Assembly (NCBI GenBank): GCA_964016885.1
Contig: OZ024744.1
Coordinates: 116,622,001 to 116,686,000 of the forward strand
Reading direction: 5' to 3'
Source of the DNA: Eledone cirrhosa
Lineage: Eukaryota
Length of the DNA stretch: 64,000 bases
The position numbers and the translations under genes are program-made. This document shows, in pieces, positions 14,701 to 31,500 of the stretch (position 1 is its first letter; each line of letters opens with the position of its first letter). A model generated the notes under the pieces. The model worked only from the letters and a program-made list of their open reading frames with translations. It was not told the origin of the DNA and searched no databases.

Positions 14701-17700
14701 AGATAATGACCAATGTGAGATAATGACAATGTGAGATAATGACAATGTGAGATAATGACAATGTGAGATAATGACAATGTGAGATAATGACCAATGTGAG
14801 ATAATGACAATGTGAGATAATGACAATGTGAGATAATGACAATGTGAGATAATGACCAATGTGAGATAATGACAATGTGAGATAATGACCAATGTGAGAT
14901 AATGACCAATGTGAGATAATGACAATGTGAGATAATGACAATGTGAGATAATGAACAATGTGAGATAATAACAATGTGAGATAATGACAATGTGAGATAA
15001 TGACAATGTGAGATAATGACAATTTGAGATAATGACAATGTGAGATAATGACCAATGTGAGATAATGACAACGTGAGATAATGACAATGTGAGATAATGA
15101 CAAAGTGAGATAATGAAAATGTGAGATAATGACAATGTGAGATAATGACAATGTGAGATAATCACCAATGTGAGATAATGACAAAGTGAGATAATGACAA
15201 TGTGAGATAATGACCAATGTGAGATAATGACAATGTGAGATAATGACAACGTGAGATAATGACCAATGTGAGATAATGACAATGTGAGATAATGACAATG
15301 TGAGATAATGACCAATGTGAGATAATGACAATGTGAGATAATGACAATGTGAGATAATGACAATGTGAGATAATGACCATGTGAGATAATGACAATGTGA
15401 GATAATGACAATGTGAGATAATGACCAATTTGAGATAATGACCAATGGGAGATAATGACAATGTGAGATAATGACCAATGTGAGATAATGACAATGTGAC
15501 ATCATGACCAATGTGAGATAATGACCAATGGGAGATAATGACCAATGTGAGATAATGACCAATGTGAGATAATGACAACGTGAGATAATGACAATGTGAG
15601 ATAATGACCAATGTGAGATAATGACCAATGTGAGATAATGACCAATGTGAGATAATGACAATGTGAGATAATGACCAATGTGAGATAATGACAATGTGAG
15701 ATAATGACCATGTGAGATAATGACAATGTGAGATAATGACAATGTGAGATAATGACAATGTGAGATAATGACAATGTGAGATAATGACAATGTGAGATAA
15801 TGACAACGTGAGATAATGACAATGTGAGATAATGACCAATTTGAGATAATGACAATGTGAGATAATGACAATGTGAGATAATGACCAATGTGAGATAATG
15901 ACAATCTGAGATAATGACAATGGGAGATAATGACAATGTGAGATAATGACAATGTGAGATAATGACAATGTGAGATAATGACCAATGTGAGATAATGACA
16001 ATGTGAGATAATGACAATGTGATATAATGACCAATGTGAGATAATGACAATGTGAGATAATGACCAATGTGAGATAATGACAATGTGAGATAATGACCAA
16101 TGTGAGATATTGACCAATGTGAGATAATGACCAATGTGAGATAATGACAATGTGAGATAATGACAATGTGAGATAATGACAATGTAAGAGAATGACAATG
16201 TGAGATAATGACCAATGTGAGATAATGACAATGTGAGATAATGACCAATGTGAGATAATGACAATGTGAGATAATGACCAATGTGAGATAATGACAATGT
16301 GAGATAATGACCAATGTGAGATATTGACCTATGTGAGATAATGACCAATGTGAGATAATGACTCATGTGAGATAATGACCAATGTGAGATAATGACCAAT
16401 GTGAGATAACGACAATGTGAGATAATGACAATGTGAGATAATGACAATGTGACATAATGACAATGTGAGATAATGACCAATTTGAGATAATGACCAATTT
16501 GAGATAATGACCAATGTGAGATAATGACAATGTGAGATAATGACCAATGTGAGATAATGACAATGTGAGATAATGACAATGTGAGATAATGACAATGTGA
16601 GATAATGACCAATGTGAGATAATGACAATGTGAGATAATGACAATGTGAGATAATGACCAATGTGAGATAATGACAATGTGAGATAATGACAATGTGAGA
16701 TAATGACAATGTGAGATAATGACCAATGTGAGATAATGACAATGTGAGATAATGACCAATGTGAGATAATGACCAATGTGAGATAATGACAATGTGAGAT
16801 AATGACAATGTGAGATAATGAACAATGTGAGATAATGACCAATGTGAGATAATGACAATGTGAGATAATGACAATGTGAGATAATGACAATTTGAGATAA
16901 TGACAATGTGAGATAATGACCAATGTGAGATAATGACAATGTGAGATAATGACAATGTGAGATAATGACAAAGTGAGATAATGAAAATGTGAGATAATGA
17001 CAATGTGAGATAATGACAATGTGAGATAATGACCAATGTGAGATAATGACAAAGTGAGATAATGACAATGTGAGATAATGACCAATGTGAGATAATGACA
17101 ATGTGAGATAATGACAATGTGAGATAATGACCAACGTGAGATAATGACAATGGGAGATAATGACAATGTGAGATAATGAGCAATGTGAGATAATGACCAA
17201 TGTGAGATAATGACAATGTGAGATAATGACAATGTGAGATAATGACCAATGTGAGATAATGACAATGTGAGATAATGACAATGTGAGATAATGACAATGT
17301 GAGATAATGACCAAGTGAGATAATGACAATGTGAGATAATGACAATGTGAGATAATGCCCAATTTGAGATAATGACCAATAGGAGATAATGACAATGTGA
17401 GATAATGACCAATGTGAGATAATGACAATGTGAGATAATGACCAATGTGAGATAATGACCAATGGGAGATAATGACAATGTGAGATAATGACCAATGTGA
17501 GATAATGACAATGTGAGATAATGACAATGTGAGATAATGACCAATGTGAGATAATGTCCAATGTGAGATAATGACCAATGTGAGATAATGACAATGTGAG
17601 ATAATGACCAATGTGAGATAATGACAATGTGAGATAATGACCAATGTGAGATAATGACAATGTGAGATAATGACCAATGTGAGATATTGACCAATGTGAG

Positions 17701-17749
17701 ATAATGACCAATGTGAGATAATGACTCATGTGAGATAATGACCAATGTG

Positions 17750-20700
17750 AGATAATGACCAATGTAAGATAATGACAATGTGAGATAATGACAATGCGAG
17801 ATAATGACAATGTGACACAATGACAATGTGAGATAATGACCAATTTGAGATAATGACCAATTTGAGATAATGACCAATGTGAGATAATGACAATGTGAGA
17901 TAATGACAATGTGAGATAATGACAATGTGAGATAATGACCAATGTGAGATAATGACAATGTGAGATAATGACAATGTGAGATAACGACCAATGTGAGATA
18001 ATGACAATGTGAGATAATGACAATGTGAGATAATGACAATGTGAGATAATGACCAATGTGAGATAATGACAATGTGAGATAATGACAATGTGAGATAATG
18101 ACAATGTGAGATAATGACCAATGTGAGATAATGACAATGTGAGATAATGACAATGTGAGATAATGACCAATGTGAGATAATGACAATGTGAGATAATGAC
18201 AACGTGAGATAATGGACAATGTGAGATAATGACCAATGTGAGATAATGACAATGTGAGATAATGACCAATGTGAGATAATGACCAATGTGAGATAATGAC
18301 AATGTGAGATAATGACCAATGTGAGATAATGACAACGTGAGATAATGACAATGTGAGATAATGACAATGTGAGATAATGACAATGTGAGATAATGACCAA
18401 TGTGAGATAATGACAAAGTGAGATAATGACAATGTGAGATAATGACAATGTGAGATAATGACAATGTGAGATAATGAAAATGTGAGATAATGACAATGTG
18501 AGATAATGACAATGTGAGATAATGACCAATGTGAGATAATGACAAAGTGAGATAATGACAAGGTGAGATAATGACCAATGTGAGATAATGACAATGTGAG
18601 ATAATGACAATGTGAGATAATGACCAACGTGAGATAATGACAATGGGAGATAATGACAATGTGAGATAATGACCAATGTGAGATAATGACAATGTGAGAT
18701 AGTGACCAATGTGAGGTAATGACAATGTGAGATAATGACCAATGTGAGATAATGACAACGTGAGATAATGACAATGTGAGATACTGACCAATGTGAGATA
18801 ATGACCAATGTGAGATAATGACAATGTGAGATAATGACAATGTGAGATAATGACCAATGTGAGATAATGACAATGTGAGATAATGACCAATGTGAGGTAA
18901 TGACAATGTGAGATAATGAGCAATGTGAGATAATGACAATGTGAGATAATGACAATGTGAGATAATGACAATGTGAGATAATGACAATGTGAGATAATGA
19001 CAATGTGAGATAATGACCAATGTGAGATAATGACAATGTGAGATAACGACCAATGTGAGATAATGACCAATGTGAGATAATGACAATGTGAGATAATGAC
19101 AATGTGAGATAATGACCAATGTGAGATAATGACAATGTGAGATAATGACAATGTGAGATAATGACCAATGTGAGATAATGACCAATGTGAGATAATGAGA
19201 ACGTGTGATAATGACTCACGTGAGATAATGACAATGGGAGATAATGACAATGTGAGATAATGACAATGTGAGATAATGACCAATGTGAGATAATGACAAT
19301 GTGAGATAATGAGAACGTGTGATAATGACTCACGTGAGATAATGACAATGGGAGATAATGACCAATGTGAGATAATGACCAATGTGAGATAATGACAATG
19401 TGAGATAATGACAATGTGAGATAATGACCAATGTGAGATAATGACAATGTGAGATAGTGACAATGTGAGATAATGACCAATGTGAGATAATGACCAATGT
19501 GAGATAATGAGAACGTGTGATAATGACTCACGTGAGATAATGACAATGGGAGATAATGACCAATGTGAGATAATGACAATGTGAGATAATGACCAACGTG
19601 AGATAATGACAATGGGAGATAATGACAATGTGAGATAATGAGCAATGTGAGATAATGACCAATGTGAGATAATGACAATGTGAGATAATGACAATGTGAG
19701 ATAATGACCAATGTGAGATAATGACAATGTGAGATAATGACAATGTGAGATAATGACAATGTGAGATAATGACCAAGTGAGATAATGACAATGTGAGATA
19801 ATGACAATGTGAGATAATGCCCAATTTGAGATAATGACAATGTGAGATAATGACCAATGTGAGATAATGACCAATGGGAGATAATGACAATGTGAGATAA
19901 TGACCAATGTGAGATAATGACAATGTGAGATAATGACCAATGTGAGATAATGACCAATGGGAGATAATGACAATGTGAGATAATGACCAATGTGAGATAA
20001 TGACAATGTGAGATAATGACAATGTGAGATAATGACCAATGTGAGATAATGACCAATGTGAGATAATGACCAATGTGAGATAATGACAATGTGAGATAAT
20101 GACCAATGTGAGATAATGACAATGTGAGATAATGACCAATGTGAGATAATGACAATGTGAGATAATGACCAATGTGAGATATTGACCAATGTGAGATAAT
20201 GACCAATGTGAGATAATGACACATGTGAGATAATGACCAATGTGAGATAATGACCAATGTAAGATAATGACAATGTGAGATAATGACAATGCGAGATAAT
20301 GACAATGTGGCATAATGACAATGTGAGATAATGACCAATTTGAGATAATGACCAATTTGAGATAATGACCAATGTGAGATAATGACAATGTGAGATAATG
20401 ACAATGTGAGATAATGACAATGTGAGATAATGACCAATGTGAGATAATGACAATGTGAGATAATGACAATGTGAGATAACGACCAATGTGAGATAATGAC
20501 AATGTGAGATAATGACAATGTGAGATAATGACAAGGTGAGATAATGACCAATGTGAGATAATGACAATGTGAGATAATGACAATGTGAGATAATGACCAA
20601 CGTGAGATAATGACAATGGGAGATAATGACAATGTGAGATAATGACCAATGTGAGATAATGACAATGTGAGATAATGACCAATGTGAGGTAATGACAATG

Positions 20701-23700
20701 TGAGATAATGACCAATGTGAGATAATGACAACGTGAGATAATGACAATGTGAGATACTGACCAATGTGAGATAATGACCAATGTGAGATAATGACAATGT
20801 GAGATAATGACAATGTGAGATAATGACCAATGTGAGATAATGACAATGTGAGATAATGACCAATGTGAGGTAATGACAATGTGAGATAATGAGCAATGTG
20901 AGATAATGACAATGTGAGATAATGACAATGTGAGATAATGACAATGTGAGATAATGACAATGTGAGATAATGACAATGTGAGATAATGACCAATGTGAGA
21001 TAATGACAATGTGAGATAACGACCAATGTGAGATAATGACCAATGTGAGATAATGACAATGTGAGATAATGACAATGTGAGATAATGACCAATGTGAGAT
21101 AATGACAATGTGAGATAATGACAATGTGAGATAATGACCAATGTGAGATAATGACCAATGTGAGATAATGAGAACGTGTGATAATGACTCACGTGAGATA
21201 ATGACAATGGGAGATAATGACAATGTGAGATAATGACAATGTGCGATAATGACCAATGTGAGATAATGACAATGTGAGATAATGAGAACGTGTGATAATG
21301 ACTCACGTGAGATAATGACAATGGGAGATAATGACCAATGTGAGATAATGACCAATGTGAGATAATGACAATGTGAGATAATGACAATGTGAGATAATGA
21401 CCAATGTGAGATAATGACAATGTGAGATAGTGACAATGTGAGATAATGACCAATGTGAGATAATGACCAATGTGAGATAATGAGAACGTGTGATAATGAC
21501 TCACGTGAGATAATGACAATGGGAGATAATGACCAATGTGAGATAATGACAATGTGAGATAATGACCAACGTGAGATAATGACAATGGGAGATAATGACA
21601 ATGTGAGATAATGAGCAATGTGATATAATGACCAATGTGAGATAATGACAATGTGAGATAATGACAATGTGAGATAATGACCAATGTGAGATAATGACAA
21701 TGTGAGATAATGACAATGTGAGATAATGACAATGTGAGATAATGACCAAGTGAGATAATGACAATGTGTGATAATGACAATGTGAGATAATGCCCAATTT
21801 GAGATAATGACCAATGGGAGATAATGACAATGTGAGATAATGACCAATGTGAGATAATGACAATGTGAGATAATGACCAATGTGAGATAATGACCAATGG
21901 GAGATAATGACAATGCGAGATAATGACCAATGTGAGATAATGACAATGTGAGATAATGACCAATGTGAGATATTGACCAATGTGAGATAATGACCAATGT
22001 GAGATAATGACAATGTGAGATAATGACAATGTGAGATAATGACAATGTAAGAGAATGACAATGTGAGATAATGAACAATGTGAGATAATGACAATGTGAG
22101 ATAATGACCAATGTGAGATAATGACAATGTGAGATAATGACCAATGTGAGATAATGACAATGTGAGATAATGACCAATGTGAGATATTGACCTATGTGAG
22201 ATAATGACCAATGTGAGATAATGACTCCTGTGAGATAATGACCAATGTGAGATAATGACCAATGTGAGATAACGACAATGTGAGATAATGACAATGTGAG
22301 ATAATGACAATGTGACATAATGACAATGTGAGATAATGACCAATTTGAGATAATGACCAATTTGAGATAATGACCAATGTGAGATAATGACAATGTGAGA
22401 TAATGACCAATGTGAGATAATGACAATGTGAGATAATGACAATGTGAGATAATGACAATGTGAGATAATGACAATGTGAGATAATGACCAATGTGAGATA
22501 ATGACAATGTGAGATAATGACAATGTGAGATAATGACCAATGTGAGATAATGACAATGTGAGATAATGACAATGTGAGATAATGACAATGTGAGATAATG
22601 ACCAATGTGAGATAATGACAATGTGAGATAATGACCAATGTGAGATAATGACCAATGTGAGATAATGACAATGTGAGATAATGACAATGTGAGATAATGA
22701 ACAATGTGAGATAATGACCAATGTGAGATAATGACAATGTGAGATAATGACAATGTGAGATAATGACAATTTGAGATAATGACAATGTGAGATAATGACC
22801 AATGTGAGATAATGACAATGTGAGATAATGACAATGTGAGATAATGACAAAGTGAGATAATGAAAATGTGAGATAATGACAATGTGAGATAATGACAATG
22901 TGAGATAATGACCAATGTGAGATAATGACAATGTGAGATAATGACAATGTGAGATAATGACAATGTGAGATAATGACCAAGTGAGATAATGACAATGTGA
23001 GATAATGACAATGTGAGATAATGACCAATGTGAGATAATGACCAATGTAAGATAATGACAATGTGAGATAATGACAATGCGAGATAATGACAATGTGACA
23101 TAATGACAATGTGAGATAATGACCAATTTGAGATAATGACCAATTTGAGATAATGACCAATGTGAGATAATGACAATGTGAGATAATGACAATGTGAGAT
23201 AATGACAATGTGAGATAATGACCAATGTGAGATAATGACAATGTGAGATAATGACAATGTGAGATAACGACCAATGTGAGATAATGACAATGTGAGATAA
23301 TGACAATGTGAGATAATGACAATGTGAGATAATGACCAATGTGAGATAATGACAATGTGAGATAATGACAATGTGAGATAATGACAATGTGAGATAATGA
23401 CCAATGTGAGATAATGACAATGTGAGATAATGACAATGTGAGATAATGACCAATGTGAGATAATGACAATGTGAGATAATGACAACGTGAGATAATGACA
23501 ATGTGAGATAATGACCAATGTGAGATAATGACAATGTGAGATAATGACCAATGTGAGATAATGACCAATGTGAGATAATGACAATGTGAGATAATGACCA
23601 ATGTGAGATAATGACAACGTGAGATAATGACAATGTGAGATAATGACAATGTGAGATAATGACAATGTGAGATAATGACCAATGTGAGATAATGACAAAG

Positions 23701-26700
23701 TGAGATAATGACAATGTGAGATAATGACAATGTGAGATAACGACAATGTGAGATAATGAAAATGTGAGATAATGACAATGTGAGATAATGACAATGTGAG
23801 ATAATGACCAATGTGAGATAATGACAAAGTGAGATAATGACAAGGTGAGATAATGACCAATGTGAGATAATGACAATGTGAGATAATGACAATGTGAGAT
23901 AATGACCAACGTGAGATAATGACAATGGGAGATAATGACAATGTGAGATAATGACCAATGTGAGATAATGACAATGTGAGATAGTGACCAATGTGAGGTA
24001 ATGACAATGTGAGATAATGACCAATGTGAGATAATGACAACGTGAGATAATGACAATGTGAGATACTGACCAATGTGAGATAATGACCAATGTGAGATAA
24101 TGACAATGTGAGATAATGACAATGTGAGATAATGACCAATGTGAGATAATGACAATGTGAGATAATGACCAATGTGAGGTAATGACAATGTGAGATAATG
24201 AGCAATGTGAGATAATGACAATGTGAGATAATGACAATGTGAGATAATGACAATGTGAGATAATGACAATGTGAGATAATGACAATGTGAGATAATGACC
24301 AATGTGAGATAATGACAATGTGAGATAACGACCAATGTGAGATAATGACCAATGTGAGATAATGACAATGTGAGATAATGACAATGTGAGATAATGACCA
24401 ATGTGAGATAATGACAATGTGAGATAATGACAATGTGAGATAATGACCAATGTGAGATAATGACCAATGTGAGATAATGAGAACGTGTGATAATGACTCA
24501 CGTGAGATAATGACAATGGGAGATAATGACAATGTGAGATAATGACAATGTGAGATAATGACCAATGTGAGATAATGACAATGTGAGATAATGAGAACGT
24601 GTGATAATGACTCACGTGAGATAATGACAATGGGAGATAATGACCAATGTGAGATAATGACCAATGTGAGATAATGACAATGTGAGATAATGACAATGTG
24701 AGATAATGACCAATGTGAGATAATGACAATGTGAGATAGTGACAATGTGAGATAATGACCAATGTGAGATAATGACCAATGTGAGATAATGAGAACGTGT
24801 GATAATGACTCACGTGAGATAATGACAATGGGAGATAATGACCAATGTGAGATAATGACAATGTGAGATAATGACCAACGTGAGATAATGACAATGGGAG
24901 ATAATGACAATGTGAGATAATGAGCAATGTGAGATAATGACCAATGTGAGATAATGACAATGTGAGATAATGACAATGTGAGATAATGACCAATGTGAGA
25001 TAATGACAATGTGAGATAATGACAATGTGAGATAATGACAATGTGAGATAATGACCAAGTGAGATAATGACAATGTGAGATAATGACAATGTGAGATAAT
25101 GCCCAATTTGAGATAATGACAATGTGAGATAATGACCAATGTGAGATAATGACCAATGGGAGATAATGACAATGTGAGATAATGACCAATGTGAGATAAT
25201 GACAATGTGAGATAATGACAATGTGAGATAATGACCAATGTGAGATAATGACCAATGTGAGATAATGACCAATGTGAGATAATGACAATGTGAGATAATG
25301 ACCAATGTGAGATAATGACCAATGGGAGATAATGACAATGTGAGATAATGACCAATGTGAGATAATGACAATGTGAGATAATGACAATGTGAGATAATGA
25401 CCAATGTGAGATAATGACCAATGTGAGATAATGACCAATGTGAGATAATGACAATGTGAGATAATGACCAATGTGAGATAATGACAATGTGAGATAATGA
25501 CCAATGTGAGATAATGACAATGTGAGATAATGACCAATGTGAGATATTGACCAATGTGAGATAATGACCAATGTGAGATAATGACTCATGTGAGATAATG
25601 ACCAATGTGAGATAATGACCAATGTAAGATAATGACAATGTGAGATAATGACAATGCGAGATAATGACAATGTGGCATAATGACAATGTGAGATAATGAC
25701 CAATTTGAGATAATGACCAATTTGAGATAATGACCAATGTGAGATAATGACAATGTGAGATAATGACAATGTGAGATAATGACAATGTGAGATAATGACC
25801 AATGTGAGATAATGACAATGTGAGATAATGACAATGTGAGATAACGACCAATGTGAGATAATGACAATGTGAGATAATGACAATGTGAGATAATGACAAG
25901 GTGAGATAATGACCAATGTGAGATAATGACAATGTGAGATAATGACAATGTGAGATAATGACCAACGTGAGATAATGACAATGGGAGATAATGACAATGT
26001 GAGATAATGACCAATGTGAGATAATGACAATGTGAGATAATGACCAATGTGAGGTAATGACAATGTGAGATAATGACCAATGTGAGATAATGACAACGTG
26101 AGATAATGACAATGTGAGATACTGACCAATGTGAGATAATGACCAATGTGAGATAATGACAATGTGAGATAATGACAATGTGAGATAATGACCAATGTGA
26201 GATAATGACAATGTGAGATAATGACCAATGTGAGGTAATGACAATGTGAGATAATGAGCAATGTGAGATAATGACAATGTGAGATAATGACAATGTGAGA
26301 TAATGACAATGTGAGATAATGACAATGTGAGATAATGACAATGTGAGATAATGAGCAATGTGAGATAATGACAATGTGAGATAACGACCAATGTGAGATA
26401 ATGACCAATGTGAGATAATGACAATGTGAGATAATGACAATGTGAGATAATGACAATGTGAGATAATGACCAATGTGAGATAATGACCAATGTGAGATAA
26501 TGAGAACGTGTGATAATGACTCACGTGAGATAATGACAATGGGAGATAATGACAATGTGAGATAATGACAATGTGCGATAATGACCAATGTGAGATAATG
26601 ACAATGTGAGATAATGAGAACGTGTGATAATGACTCACGTGAGATAATGACAATGGGAGATAATGACCAATGTGAGATAATGACCAATGTGAGATAATGA

Positions 26701-28560
26701 CAATGTGAGATAATGACAATGTGAGATAATGACCAATGTGAGATAATGACAATGTGAGATAGTGACAATGTGAGATAATGACCAATGTGAGATAATGACC
26801 AATGTGAGATAATGAGAACGTGTGATAATGACTCACGTGAGATAATGACAATGGGAGATAATGACCAATGTGAGATAATGACAATGTGAGATAATGACCA
26901 ACGTGAGATAATGACAATGGGAGATAATGACAATGTGAGATAATGAGCAATGTGATATAATGACCAATGTGAGATAATGACAATGTGAGATAATGACAAT
27001 GTGAGATAATGACCAATGTGAGATAATGACAATGTGAGATAATGACAATGTGAGATAATGACAATGTGAGATAATGACCAAGTGAGATAATGACAATGTG
27101 TGATAATGACAATGTGAGATAATGCCCAATTTGAGATAATGACCAATGGGAGATAATGACAATGTGAGATAATGACCAATGTGAGATAATGACAATGTGA
27201 GATAATGACCAATGTGAGATAATGACCAATGGGAGATAATGACAATGTGAGATAATGACCAATGTGAGATAATGACAATGTGAGATAATGACCAATGTGA
27301 GATATTGACCAATGTGAGATAATGACCAATGTGAGATAATGACAATGTGAGATAATGACAATGTGAGATAATGACAATGTAAGAGAATGACAATGTGAGA
27401 TAATGAACAATGTGAGATAATGACAATGTGAGATAATGACCAATGTGAGATAATGACAATGTGAGATAATGACCAATGTGAGATAATGACAATGTGAGAT
27501 AATGACCAATGTGAGATATTGACCTATGTGAGATAATGACCAATGTGAGATAATGACTCCTGTGAGATAATGACCAATGTGAGATAATGACAATGTAAGA
27601 GAATGACAATGTGAGATAATGAACAATGTGAGATAATGACAATGTGAGATAATGACCAATGTGAGATAATGACAATGTGAGATAATGACCAATGTGAGAT
27701 AATGACAATGTGAGATAATGACCAATGTGAGATATTGACCTATGTGAGATAATGACCAATGTGAGATAATGACTCCTGTGAGATAATGACCAATGTGAGA
27801 TAATGACCAATGTGAGATAACGACAATGTGAGATAATGACAATGTGAGATAATGACAATGTGACATAATGACAATGTGAGATAATGACCAATTTGAGATA
27901 ATGACCAATTTGAGATAATGACCAATGTGAGATAATGACAATGTGAGATAATGACCAATGTGAGATAATGACAATGTGAGATAATGACAATGTGAGATAA
28001 TGACAATGTGAGATAATGACAATGTGAGATAATGACCAATGTGAGATAATGACAATGTGAGATAATGACAATGTGAGATAATGACCAATGTGAGATAATG
28101 ACAATGTGAGATAATGACAATGTGAGATAATGACAATGTGAGATAATGACCAATGTGAGATAATGACAATGTGAGATAATGACCAATGTGAGATAATGAC
28201 CAATGTGAGATAATGACAATGTGAGATAATGACAATGTGAGATAATGAACAATGTGAGATAATGACCAATGTGAGATAATGACAATGTGAGATAATGACA
28301 ATGTGAGATAATGACAATTTGAGATAATGACAATGTGAGATAATGACCAATGTGAGATAATGACAATGTGAGATAATGACAATGTGAGATAATGACAAAG
28401 TGAGATAATGAAAATGTGAGATAATGACAATGTGAGATAATGACAATGTGAGATAATGACCAATGTGAGATAATGACAATGTGAGATAATGACAATGTGA
28501 GATAATGACAATGTGAGATAATGACCAAGTGAGATAATGACAATGTGAGATAATGACAAT
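17750..28560. repeat. Higher-order duplication, period about 5.3 kb, with a nested ~1973-bp internal duplication
   Basis: Matching ORF boundaries 19185/24467 and 19528/24810 (offset 5282), 21158/26490 and 22029/27361 (offset 5332), and 19185/21158 and 19528/21501 (offset 1973). Shared rare variants include GTGGCAT, GTGCGAT and GACTCCTG. Boundaries are approximate. Confidence 0.75.
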
Positions 28561-31500
28561 GTGAGATAATGCCCAATTTGAGATAATGACCAATGGGAGA
28601 TAATGACAATGTGAGATAATGACCAATGTGAGATAATGACAATGTGAGATAATGACCAATGTGAGATAATGACCAATGGGAGATAATGACAATGTGAGAT
28701 AATGACCAATGTGAGATAATGACAATGTGAGATAATGACAATGTGAGATAATGACCAATGTGAGATAATGACCAATGTGAGATAATGACCAATGTGAGAT
28801 AATGACAATGTGAGATAATGACCAATGTGAGATAATGACAATGTGAGATAATGACCAATGTGAGATAATGACAATGTGAGATAATGACCAATGTGAGATA
28901 TTGACCAATGTGAGATAATGACCAATGTGAGATAATGACTCATGTGAGATAATGACCAATGTGAGATAATGACCAATGTAAGATAATGACAATGTGAGAT
29001 AATGACAATGCGAGATAATGACAATGTGACATAATGACAATGTGAGATAATGACCAATTTGAGATAATGACCAATTTGAGATAATGACCAATGTGAGATA
29101 ATGACAATGTGAGATAATGACAATGTGAGATAATGACAATGTGAGATAATGACCAATGTGAGATAATGACAATGTGAGATAATGACAATGTGAGATAACG
29201 ACCAATGTGAGATAATGACAATGTGAGATAATGACAATGTGAGATAATGACAATGTGAGATAATGACCAATGTGAGATAATGACAATGTGAGATAATGAC
29301 AATGTGAGATAATGACAATGTGAGATAATGACCAATGTGAGATAATGACAATGTGAGATAATGACAATGTGAGATAATGACCAATGTGAGATAATGACAA
29401 TGTGAGATAATGACAACGTGAGATAATGACAATGTGAGATAATGACCAATGTGAGATAATGACAATGTGAGATAATGACCAATGTGAGATAATGACCAAT
29501 GTGAGATTATGACAATGTGAGATAATGACCAATGTGAGATAATGACAACGTGAGATAATGACAATGTGAGATAATGACAATGTGAGATAATGACAATGTG
29601 AGATAATGACCAATGTGAGATAATGACAAAGTGAGATAATGACAATGTGAGATAATGACAATGTGAGATAATGACAATGTGAGATAATGAAAATGTGAGA
29701 TAATGACAATGTGAGATAATGACAATGTGAGATAATGACCAATGTGAGATAATGACAAAGTGAGATAATGACAAGGTGAGATAATGACCAATGTGAGATA
29801 ATGACAATGTGAGATAATGACAATGTGAGATAATGACAATGTGAGACAATGACCAATGTGAGATAATGACCAATGTGAGATAATGACAATGTGAGACAAT
29901 GACCAATGTGAGGTAATGACAATGTGAGATAATGACCAATGTGAGATAATGACAACGTGAGATAATGACAACGTGAGATAATGACAATGTGAGATAATGA
30001 CCAATGTGAGGTAATGACAATGTGAGATAATGAGCAATGTGAGATAATGACAATGTGAGATAATGACAATGTGAGATAATGACAATGTGAGATAATGACA
30101 ATGTGAGATAATGACAATGTGAGATAATGACCAATGTGAGATAATGACAATGTGAGATAACGACCAATGTGAGATAATGACCAATGTGAGATAATGACAA
30201 TGTGAGATAATGACAATGTGAGATAATGACCAATGTGAGATAATGACAATGTGAGATAATGACAATGTGAGATAATGACCAATGTGAGATAATGACCAAT
30301 GTGAGATAATGAGAACGTGTGATAATGACTCACGTGAGATAATGACAATGGGAGATAATGACAATGTGAGATAATGACAATGTGAGATAATGACCAATGT
30401 GAGATAATGACAATGTGAGATAATGAGAACGTGTGATAATGACTCACGTGAGATAATGACAATGGGAGATAATGACCAATGTGAGATAATGACCAATGTG
30501 AGATAATGACAATGTGAGATAATGACAATGTGAGATAATGACCAATGTGAGATAATGACAATGTGAGATAGTGACAATGTGAGATAATGACCAATGTGAG
30601 ATAATGACCAATGTGAGATAATGAGAACGTGTGATAATGACTCACGTGAGATAATGACAATGGGAGATAATGAACAATGTGTGATAATGACAATGTGAGA
30701 TAATGACCAACGTGAGATAATGACAATGGGAGATAATGACAATGTGAGATAATGAGCAATGTGAGATAATGACCAATGTGAGATAATGACAATGTGAGAT
30801 AATGACAATGTGAGATAATGACCAATGTGAGATAATGACAATGTGAGATAATGACAATGTGAGATAATGACAATGTGAGATAATGACCAAGTGAGATAAT
30901 GACAATGTGAGATAATGACAATGTGAGATAATGCCCAATTTGAGATAATGACAATGTGAGATAATGACCAATGTGAGATAATGACCAATGGGAGATAATG
31001 ACAATGTGAGATAATGACCAATGTGAGATAATGACAATGTGAGATAATGACCAATGTGAGATAATGACCAATGGGAGATAATGACAATGTGAGATAATGA
31101 CCAATGTGAGATAATGACCAATGTGAGATAATGACTCATGTGAGATAATGACCAATGTGAGATAATGACCAAGGTAAGATAATGACAATGTGAGATAATG
31201 ACAATGTGAGATAATGACAATGTGAGATAATGACCAATGTGAGATAATGACCAATGTGAGATAATGACCAATGGGAGATAATGACAATGTGAGATAATGA
31301 CCAATGTGAGATAATGACAATGTGAGATAATGACCAATGTTAGATAATGACAATGTGAGATAATGACCAATGTGAGATATTGACCAATGTGAGATAATGA
31401 CCAATGTGAGATAATGACTCATGTGAGATAATGACCAATGTGAGATAATGACCAATGTAAGATAATGACAATGTGAGATAATGACAATGCGAGATAATGA

